A stretch of 5,125 bases of DNA, from the IMG/VR virus record IMGVR_UViG_2617270949_000004. One strand, 5' to 3'. Both the position numbers and the translations under genes were made by a program. Source of the stretch: a virus. Its lineage: Duplodnaviria > Heunggongvirae > Uroviricota > Caudoviricetes. Under the pieces are notes generated by a model. The model saw only the letters and a list, made by a program, of their open reading frames with translations. It was not told where the DNA came from and ran no database searches. This document shows, in pieces, positions 1 to 5,125 of this stretch (within the stretch, counting starts at the first letter, position 1; each line of letters begins with the position of its first letter).

Positions 1-2399
1 ACGTATTTTGCCTGGTAACGGGCGTCATCAAGTGCATTATGGCGCTCACCTTCGAATGGAATAGCCGTTCTGGCATCGAAGTCTATGGCTTTCCCCAGCT
101 CAACGATTGTGCGTACATCGCGATCGTTGTAGTAACGCCACGGGCAGGGGATTCCCTGCCGTTCGTATGAACGGCGCAAAATCGTGTTGTCGAAGTTGGC
201 TCCATTTCCCCAGACCTGAACAAAAAATTCACCGGAGTTTTCGTCGATAAATTCCCGCAATTGTAACAGTGCATCATCTAACGGGATTTCATCGGTCATA
301 ATGGCAGATTGCGCTTCGCGTGATTGCTTAAGCCACCATTTAATGGTGTCCCGATCAATGACCCCGCCAGCAGTTTCCAGATCGATAGTCTTACTAAATT
401 CCGGTCCCATATCTCCGGTTTGCGGATCGAAAAATATTGCACCTATTGAGATGATCGGGGCATCAGGATTTTTTCCCATGGTTTCAAGGTCGATCATTAG
501 ATGGTCACACGTCCTGCTGGTGGATGTGATAATGTAATGATCGTTCACCGTAATTAAGGGATCTGCCGTCTCGCCAGTTTCACTATCGCTGGCGTGATCC
601 TGAGCGCTGCCAGCATTCTCCTTGTGTGGATGTTCAGCGCCTTCCATTTCCTTCGGATCATTTTCCTGAACTTCAACCTGATTCTCTTCATCGAATGTTT
701 CCTGGTATGTTGCGTCGCCCATCACCGCGCCACAATCAGGGCAGTTACCGCCGCCGGTCTGACCGCAGGCGGTGCAGACTTTTTCCACTTCCTGTTGCGC
801 CACTGGTTCAGGCTGTTTCGTTTCTGGCTCGTTTTGTTGCGTATTTGGGCTGTTTTGTTCCGCTTTCTGGTCGTTCTGTTCCGATTCTTGCTGGTTCTGG
901 TTTACAGAATCGCGGGTTTCAATCCCCTTTACCCATTTCGGATCATTCGGGTCGCTAATCCCTGCAACAAATTCTCCGCGAGAGGCAGCCAGTAATTTGT
1001 CTGCATCGACAGGATTTTTGGGCGGAATGTTTTTCCGGGCTTCATAGAGTTCTGCCCGCAGTTTCTGATATTTCGCATCAACAGAATTTACCTGTGACTG
1101 AGCATCCAGCGGCTGCGTGTCCTGATGATGTTCAGTTGCATCCGGTTCCACTGTTTCAGCCGTTGCCTGTTCATCTGCCATTGCGCAAGATGGTTGCAGT
1201 TTTTCTTCATCATCCTGTTTTTCTTCTTCTGTTACACGCTGCGGCATCGGGGCAGAGGAACGACCGCAGGCAATATCCACGATTTCTGGATCAGGGTTGG
1301 CATGATCAGTTTCAGTCAGTACTTTGTTAAGATATTCAGTGACGTGTGCGGGGATAACCTCGATCCCAATTGGTGCTTCTTTTACGGACGCAACCACGAT
1401 GGCGCGGGAATAATCCAGCCCGCCAGGCATGGTGATGAATTTGTCGCGGAAAACAGAAAAGGGCGGTTTATTTTCAGCGATAATTTCCTCGACACGTTTA
1501 GCGTGTGCCGGATGAAGGTTATAAATGTCCACGTCCATTGAACGAGCCAGTACGCCAGTGGCTACGTCGCGCGCCAGTGACGTCAGATCGTGAACGAAAC
1601 CTTCGCCGCGATCGGTGAGGTTCCCGCCGCCAGCATTAGCGCCGGAAGCCGTGCGCGTGATGCGTGAAACACGATTTCCTTTCATCCACTCTTTTGTCAG
1701 CAGACCGCGATCGGTGTAGTCTGCGTCCAGGTATGCTTCGAAAAAAGCAGTCATCAGCCCCAGGCTTGAATTGCCTGGATTAGGGAAAACTCTGTCAGTA
1801 TCACGCACCAGTTTGTGGAGATCGCGAATTTCCAGCGGGTCGAGCAGGCTGGTTTTGTGGGAAACAGCCAGGGCAGTAACAGCTGGTAGTTCTTCAGCTC
1901 GTGCAATGTGTAATGCCTGTAGTTCGTTGCGTGAAACGTGCGTTACCGGTTTTTCGCTGCCGTGTTGAGCAAGCCAGCGAATGGGCAGCTCCTGACCGGA
2001 AATCGGGAGTAGCATATTCTCCTCAATCTCCGTCATGTCTTCGCCATTAACATTGGTATTGTCAGTGCTGGCTGGCTTGTCCTGCGCAGAGGATGAGGGC
2101 GCGATAAATACCATTGTGATGCCATCTTCCCCGCCTTTTTCGTAACGGTTGCAGAATTCCGTATCAAATACGCCTTCTGGTGGAAGGTCATCAACAACGG
2201 GCAAATTGACGCGAACAGGTTTTTTAAAGTCATCTTCATCGTAGCCAGCATCGTCAATCGCAACAGCACCACGATAGATGGCAATGGATAATTTTTTCGC
2301 TTCAGCCCAGTAGAAACCGCCTTTAATACCGAGACGTTTTCTTACTTTGTCATTTTTTGCTTCGTAATACAGTGGGTAAACTTGTTTATCGGTGCTCAT
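1..2399 (-). CDS. recE: Exodeoxyribonuclease VIII-like (RecE-family) protein, 3' end beyond the window edge; about 800 codons visible. C-terminal part carries a CxxC-X9-CxxC zinc ribbon and a DnaQ-like DEDDh 3'-5' exonuclease domain
   Basis: Hand translation of the minus strand from ATG at 2399-2397 to position 3 gives a continuous frame with no stop. GAGG lies about 11 nt upstream of the ATG. Translation starts [36 protein letters not shown] and includes [44 protein letters not shown], then a Q/N/E-rich linker, [16 protein letters not shown] (about 730-774), then MIDLETMG (Exo I, about 480-497), VWGNGANFD (Exo II, about 190-215) and ERHNALDDA (Exo III, about 21-44). Sits immediately downstream of racC, as recE does in Rac. 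The ORF track omits it because it is incomplete in the window. The recE name rests on synteny and recalled N-terminal similarity, not on a search. Confidence 0.85.
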   Translation of the reverse strand, partial: MSTDKQVYPLYYEAKNDKVRKRLGIKGGFYWAEAKKLSIAIYRGAVAIDDAGYDEDDFKKPVRVNLPVVDDLPPEGVFDTEFCNRYEKGGEDGITMVFIAPSSSAQDKPASTDNTNVNGEDMTEIEENMLLPISGQELPIRWLAQHGSEKPVTHVSRNELQALHIARAEELPAVTALAVSHKTSLLDPLEIRDLHKLVRDTDRVFPNPGNSSLGLMTAFFEAYLDADYTDRGLLTKEWMKGNRVSRITRTASGANAGGGNLTDRGEGFVHDLTSLARDVATGVLARSMDVDIYNLHPAHAKRVEEIIAENKPPFSVFRDKFITMPGGLDYSRAIVVASVKEAPIGIEVIPAHVTEYLNKVLTETDHANPDPEIVDIACGRSSAPMPQRVTEEEKQDDEEKLQPSCAMADEQATAETVEPDATEHHQDTQPLDAQSQVNSVDAKYQKLRAELYEARKNIPPKNPVDADKLLAASRGEFVAGISDPNDPKWVKGIETRDSVNQNQQESEQNDQKAEQNSPNTQQNEPETKQPEPVAQQEVEKVCTACGQTGGGNCPDCGAVMGDATYQETFDEENQVEVQENDPKEMEGAEHPHKENAGSAQDHASDSETGETADPLITVNDHYIITSTSRTCDHLMIDLETMGKNPDAPIISIGAIFFDPQTGDMGPEFSKTIDLETAGGVIDRDTIKWWLKQSREAQSAIMTDEIPLDDALLQLREFIDENSGEFFVQVWGNGANFDNTILRRSYERQGIPCPWRYYNDRDVRTIVELGKAIDFDARTAIPFEGERHNALDDARYQAKY

Positions 2400-2469
2400 T
2401 GCTTTTTAACCTCAACTCAGATTAAAATTAATGCGAGTGATGAATAAATGTCCCAGGTTCTTCACTCAG

Positions 2470-2499
2470 GCCTGCACAGTGTGCAGGCTTTCTTTTTTT
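2470..2499 (+). terminator. Putative rho-independent terminator in plus-strand orientation, in the racC-recE intergenic region
   Basis: Perfect inverted repeat GCCTGCACA-G-TGTGCAGGC (2470-2488) followed directly by TTTCTTTTTTT (2489-2499). On the minus strand the same hairpin is preceded by an A-run and not followed by U's, so it works as a terminator only for plus-strand transcripts. Confidence 0.5.
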
Positions 2500-2774
2500 C
2501 AGATTTCACCTTTTAATTTCATTGCAATCAGAGTTGCCAGAAATTCGGCTTTTTTTTCTGCGGGCAGATTCTTTCCTATGTGCACCAGACACATTTTTTT
2601 AACACCATCGTTAAGTGTTTTAACGTTGCCTGTTGAACCGTCGATATCAACCACAGTGAATGGGGTTTCTTTATTTTCTGTTTTAATCACGTAGCCAATA
2701 CGTTTTCCCTCCAGGATAACTTCGAGCACAATGCCATCAGTAGTAACAATGGTGGCTTCATAACTGTTAATCAT
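2499..2774 (-). CDS. racC: RacC-like small prophage protein (91 aa)
   Basis: ORF starting at ATG 2774-2772 with AAGGAG about 7 nt upstream, stop TGA at 2501-2499. Product MINSYEATIVTTDGIVLEVILEGKRIGYVIKTENKETPFTVVDIDGSTGNVKTLNDGVKKMCLVHIGKNLPAEKKAEFLATLIAMKLKGEI. Length and position directly upstream of recE match Rac racC. The longer track ORF (start 2822) lacks an RBS and is not preferred. Confidence 0.8.
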   Translation of the reverse strand: MINSYEATIVTTDGIVLEVILEGKRIGYVIKTENKETPFTVVDIDGSTGNVKTLNDGVKKMCLVHIGKNLPAEKKAEFLATLIAMKLKGEI

Positions 2775-2848
2775 GTTTTTCTCCTTAATTAAGGTTGAGC
2801 GAATCTCTGCCATTGCTGGCATAAATTCAGTTTTGAATAGTCAGTTAA

Positions 2849-3136
2849 TTAAAGTTCGTGTGCCATCTGGTATTTTTCGGCGCATTGCTTACAGCAGTAT
2901 TTATGCTCCTTACGTGCAATAAGGGAACCGTGCATATAAATAATTTCAGCGGTAAAGGCTTTTTCAGGTTCAATTTGTTTATTACAGAGCGTATATGCAC
3001 AGGGAATTAAATCCGGGTCACCCTTTTGCTGGAGGATTTTTCTGATTCTCCACAGCCATTTTTTAATTCCGGTGTGACTGATGGTCTGCCTGGAGGCAGG
3101 CGTAAAACAATAATCAAGCATGGGGTTCATATCCAT
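2849..3136 (-). CDS. Small cysteine-rich zinc-ribbon protein in the ydaE position (YdaE-like); 95 aa, or 93 aa if it starts at the ATG at 3130
   Basis: Complete minus-strand ORF MDMNPMLDYCFTPASRQ...CAYTLCNKQIEPEKAFTAEIIYMHGSLIARKEHKYCCKQCAEKYQMAHEL, with a CxxxxC...CCxxC cysteine pattern. GGAG lies upstream of the start region. There is a 74 bp gap to racC and a 10 nt gap to the upstream Rha gene, consistent with one operon. Positional equivalent of ydaE/kilR in Rac. Confidence 0.6.
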   Translation of the reverse strand: MDMNPMLDYCFTPASRQTISHTGIKKWLWRIRKILQQKGDPDLIPCAYTLCNKQIEPEKAFTAEIIYMHGSLIARKEHKYCCKQCAEKYQMAHEL

Positions 3137-3146
3137 AGCTCCATTT

Positions 3147-3701
3147 TTATTTTAAGGAAAGCAACTGCTCTACGGTCATATTTTTAATTGCGCTCCGGTT
3201 TACAAGAGTCCAGCCTTGTTGCTCCAGATAAAACAGGAAGGTATCCAGGGTGCAGACCATTGCGCCGTCAGGAACGGTTTCAGTGAATTTGATATTGCCG
3301 TGTTCGTCGAGACGGATAACCAGGGTGCGTCCGTCCCCGTGAATCATTTTGTCGGGAGACGGGGCGTTATTCTGGCGCAGTTCAGCTTCCATGCGGTCGA
3401 ACTCAGCAATGTATGCCTCTTTAAATGCAGCGGCTTTTTTGCCAGTGAAGCCCATCACCAGGAAAACGAAGCCGTTTTTGGTGATTTGGTACATTGGGAG
3501 TTTGCGCCCGGTTGAGTCGGTGTATTCGCTCGACACAAAATTGTGCTCAGTGAATTTTGCTGAACAGTCCAGATTGCGAATTTTATCCAACACTCGTTCG
3601 TGGCGTTTGCCAAAGAACTCGGCGATCGCAACAGACGTAGTGACAGCGCGACCATTTTCGATGGTTACGTCAGGGTGAGAAAGGGTAAGGATAGTAGCCA
3701 T
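3147..3701 (-). CDS. Phage regulatory protein of the Rha family (antirepressor-like), about 184 aa
   Basis: Minus-strand ORF with start at ATG 3701-3699, preceded by GGAGG 8 nt upstream; stop at 3149-3147. N-terminus MATILTLSHPDVTIENGRAVTTSVAIAEFFGKRHERVLDKIRNLDCSAKFTEHNFVSSEYTDSTGRKLPMYQITKNGFVFLVMGFTGKKAAAFKEAYIAEFDRME fits the Rha-domain pattern (FGKRHxxVLxxIRNL ... Y.D..GR....Y.IT..GF..LVMGFTG.KA..FK..YI..F). The in-frame upstream extension to 3998 crosses a terminator hairpin and is considered less likely. Confidence 0.7.
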   Translation of the reverse strand: MATILTLSHPDVTIENGRAVTTSVAIAEFFGKRHERVLDKIRNLDCSAKFTEHNFVSSEYTDSTGRKLPMYQITKNGFVFLVMGFTGKKAAAFKEAYIAEFDRMEAELRQNNAPSPDKMIHGDGRTLVIRLDEHGNIKFTETVPDGAMVCTLDTFLFYLEQQGWTLVNRSAIKNMTVEQLLSLK

Positions 3702-3865
3702 GATGGCAGCCTCCGCGATGAATTTGATTAACTCACCACCGAGGTTTTCCACGACCATAAGGGTGGTGAGACGTACAGGGGTGGAAATACCGGTCATCAC
3801 GGAACCCGGCCAGCCTTGCGGCTGCCCTGCACGCCCCACCATAATGCGAATGTGGCTGTGCTTAA

Positions 3866-3898
3866 CGCATAAAAAAACCGCCTGAGCGCGGTTATGCG
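3866..3898 (-). terminator. Putative rho-independent terminator in minus-strand orientation, upstream of the Rha gene
   Basis: Minus-strand RNA would read CGCAUAA-CCGC-GCUCAG-GCGG-UUUUUUU-AUGCG: a GC stem (AACCGC/GCGGUU, loop GCUCAG) followed by a run of 6-7 U. Outer arms CGCATAA/TTATGCG add a larger imperfect palindrome. Confidence 0.5.
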
Positions 3899-4063
3899 CC
3901 GTGAATGATTTCGGGTTTCCACGCCCGGCACCCGTTTTATGAGGTGCAGGTGCACTATAATTCCACCCGTTCTGGTTTTCAATAGCTACATTCAACATTT
4001 TCTCTACCTTTCATCACCGAAGTGAACTTTGTTGATGCGGTGCCTGGTGCCTCCAGGTGATGT

Positions 4064-4084
4064 TAACCAGTTAACAATTAACGC
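4064..4084. repeat. Three closely spaced (G/A)TTAAC repeats (GTTAAC-CA-GTTAAC-AA-TTAAC); candidate protein-binding/operator-like site
   Basis: Direct reading: gttaac at 4064-4069 and 4072-4077 (each self-complementary), then attaac at 4079-4084; preceded by a CCTGG-N5-CCAGG inverted repeat at 4046-4060. No function can be assigned from sequence alone. Confidence 0.25.
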
Positions 4085-4554
4085 CGGATACAGAGAATCC
4101 ACCCATAACACTGTTTTTGGTTTTAACTGTTCCGCGTGCGCTGAGCCGCATTCACCGCATCACAAAATTCACTTTAAAAAGGGCGGCAGAGCAGTCACGG
4201 AGTAAAACTGATACCGCCAAAAGTCACCAGAAAATTGATAACAGAGGGCGTTGCAGCGGAGTTGTTACTTAAGCGTATGGTCAACCTGACAACCCGGTGT
4301 CCTCAACGGGGGAAGGAATACCCCCGCCATACTTACCGCCGCGCCATTTCGCGGAGTGCCACAACCGGAAGCGCACGGTCGAACTAAATTTAACGACACC
4401 GTACAGAGAGACCAATTTCGCCGTGCGCTTTCGCGTTATGCCCTGACTTTTCAGGGACATATCCTTTCAGTAAACTGTCAGTGCCGGATGTTCACCCGTG
4501 TCCGGCGCACGCACTCCACCTGACCCGTGGAGAACTCCTTAATTACCAACCCTC

Positions 4555-4560
4555 AGGAGG
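4555..4560 (+). promoter_or_regulatory. Shine-Dalgarno sequence AGGAGG for the downstream plus-strand ORF
   Basis: AGGAGG ends 5 nt before the ATG at 4566. Confidence 0.55.
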
Positions 4561-4565
4561 GTGAA

Positions 4566-4772
4566 ATGGATAAAAAGCAAATTGAGGCCCTGCAATCTAT
4601 TATTGAAAAACAAGATGAAGCTATCAGGATTCTTTCATATCGCACTGATATGATACTAAATATGCTTTCTGCATTAACGGCTGCGCTTGGTGGTACAAAA
4701 ACAAACGTATACCGCGAAGTTGTTATTCAACAGATAGATAAATTTGAAAAAACCATACCAGGTATTAGGTGA
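4566..4772 (+). CDS. Hypothetical prophage protein (68 aa as it stands), probably 3'-truncated by the IS1 insertion; sits where sieB lies in Rac
   Basis: ATG at 4566 with a strong RBS. Product MDKKQIEALQSIIEKQDEAIRILSYRTDMILNMLSALTAALGGTKTNVYREVVIQQIDKFEKTIPGIR. The last sense codon AGG spans the host/IS1 junction and the TGA stop (4770-4772) lies inside the IS1 left inverted repeat GGTGATG. The upstream GTG at 4527 used by the track is less likely. Confidence 0.55.
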   Translation: MDKKQIEALQSIIEKQDEAIRILSYRTDMILNMLSALTAALGGTKTNVYREVVIQQIDKFEKTIPGIR

Positions 4773-4790
4773 TGCTGCCAACTTACTGAT
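4768..4790 (+). repeat. IS1 left terminal inverted repeat (IRL)
   Basis: GGTGATGCTGCCAACTTACTGAT at the element boundary. The flanking host sequence is ...ACCATACCAGGTATTA; the target-site duplication cannot be confirmed without the right end. Confidence 0.9.
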
Positions 4791-4822
4791 TTAGTGTATG
4801 ATGGTGTTTTTGAGGTGCTCCA

Positions 4823-5098
4823 GTGGCTTCTGTTTCTATCAGCTGTCCCTCCTGTTCAGCTACTGACGGGGTGGTGCGTAACGGCAAAAGCACTGCCGGA
4901 CATCAGCGCTATCTCTGCTCTCACTGCCGTAAAACATGGCAACTGCAGTTCACTTACACCGCTTCTCAACCCGGTACGCACCAGAAAATCATTGATATGG
5001 CCATGAATGGCGTTGGATGCCGGGCAACCGCCCGCATTATGGGCGTTGGCCTCAACACGATTTTCCGCCATTTAAAAAACTCAGGCCGCAGTCGGTAA
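4823..5098 (+). CDS. insA: IS1 InsA (transposition regulator, N-terminal part of the InsAB' transposase), 91 aa
   Basis: GTG start at 4823, stop TAA at 5096-5098. Product [91 protein letters not shown], with a zinc-finger CxxC...CxxC and a helix-turn-helix region. Confidence 0.95.
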   Translation: MASVSISCPSCSATDGVVRNGKSTAGHQRYLCSHCRKTWQLQFTYTASQPGTHQKIIDMAMNGVGCRATARIMGVGLNTIFRHLKNSGRSR

Positions 5099-5125
5099 CC
5101 TCGCGCATACAGCCGGGCAGTGACG
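5017..5125 (+). CDS. insB: IS1 InsB (transposase catalytic part), 5' portion only; continues beyond the window
   Basis: ATG at 5017 in the -1 frame relative to insA, at IS1 position 250. Translation [36 protein letters not shown]... is open to the window end. Confidence 0.85.
   Translation, partial: MPGNRPHYGRWPQHDFPPFKKLRPQSVTSRIQPGSD
5072..5080 (+). promoter_or_regulatory. IS1 programmed -1 ribosomal frameshift site (TTAAAAAAC, A6C motif) producing the InsAB' transposase
   Basis: TTAAAAAAC lies in the insA frame just before its stop, in the insA/insB overlap, as in IS1. Confidence 0.8.

Larger units (their letters stand above)
4768..5125 (+). mobile_element. IS1-family insertion sequence, left end (first about 358 bp of the roughly 768 bp element); continues beyond the window
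   Basis: Starts with the characteristic IS1 terminal inverted repeat GGTGATGCTGCCAACTTACTGATTTAGTGTATGATGGTG, followed by insA, the A6C frameshift motif and the insB start, with IS1-typical spacing (insA at element position 56, insB at 250). A few base differences from the form I recall suggest an IS1 isoform. Confidence 0.97.

Noticed and set aside
301-1968. Plus-strand track ORFs 301..537, 594..995, 626..958, 772..1047, 1094..1330, 1125..1541 and 1771..1968
   Set aside because: All lie antisense to the long, uninterrupted recE-like frame and have low-complexity or Cys/Phe/Leu-rich shadow-ORF composition. No RBS support.
83-2284. Minus-strand track ORFs 83..277 and 2033..2284
   Set aside because: They are out of frame within the recE-like gene; the recE-like frame is open across both regions and carries recognisable exonuclease motifs.
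2431-2694. Plus-strand ORF of 87 aa
   Set aside because: It reads through the plus-strand terminator hairpin and is antisense to racC. It is more likely non-coding; at most a short transcript ending at the terminator.
2775-2822. N-terminal extension of racC (track start at 2822, 107 aa)
   Set aside because: The internal ATG at 2774 has a well-placed AAGGAG and gives the 91 aa product expected for RacC; the extension lacks an RBS.
3216-3982. Track ORFs 3216..3515 (+), 3349..3678 (+), 3455..3655 (-), 3700..3885 (+) and 3797..3982 (-)
   Set aside because: They are antisense or out-of-frame overlaps of the Rha gene or its upstream region; 3797..3982 starts with TTG and spans the terminator hairpin. 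No RBS support.
3702-3998. N-terminal extension of the Rha ORF (283 aa form starting at 3998)
   Set aside because: The extension contains a terminator-like hairpin plus U-run, and a strong GGAGG precedes the internal ATG at 3701, where the Rha-domain pattern begins. Kept as an open alternative in the findings.
4036-4203. Plus-strand 55-codon ORF beginning ATGCGGTGCCTGG
   Set aside because: No Shine-Dalgarno sequence, and it runs through the palindromic and repeat region. Judged non-coding.
4485-4508. REP-like (repetitive extragenic palindrome) hairpin GCCGGATG...TCCGGC
   Set aside because: It resembles REP ends, but the loop and length do not match the consensus I recall and prophage context is atypical. 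Treated as a generic hairpin.
4527-4565. GTG start at 4527 for the plus-strand gene (track 81 aa form)
   Set aside because: The ATG at 4566 has a near-consensus AGGAGG at ideal spacing, and the GTG extension overlaps the upstream hairpins.
4794-5071. Track ORFs 4794..5006 (+) and 4856..5071 (-) inside IS1
   Set aside because: They overlap insA out of frame or antisense; IS1 is known to encode only insA, insB and the InsAB' fusion.
1-5125. tRNA, rRNA, CRISPR array or LexA box
   Set aside because: No T-loop-like GGTTCGA motif or cloverleaf arrangement, no regularly spaced direct repeats, and no CTGT-N8-ACAG site were found on either strand by visual scan.

Overview
This window reads as the early-left region of a Rac-like lambdoid (probably defective) prophage from an Escherichia/Shigella-type genome, interrupted on the right by an IS1 element. 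Everything below was worked out by hand from the sequence; no searches were run. On the minus strand, from right to left, sit a Rha-family regulator, a small zinc-ribbon protein in the ydaE position, racC, and a large recE-like gene that runs off the left edge (about 800 codons in the window, none of them a stop). The most notable point is that the recE-like protein carries a zinc ribbon and a DnaQ-like DEDDh 3'-5' exonuclease domain at its C-terminus, not the canonical RecE 5'-3' nuclease. Between the Rha gene and a plus-strand gene lies roughly 860 bp with no convincing ORF, a minus-strand intrinsic terminator and many GC-rich hairpins. The plus-strand gene (68 codons, strong RBS) ends in a stop codon supplied by the IS1 left inverted repeat, so it is probably truncated. 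The window ends inside IS1 (insA complete, frameshift site present, insB partial). No tRNA, rRNA or CRISPR array was seen.
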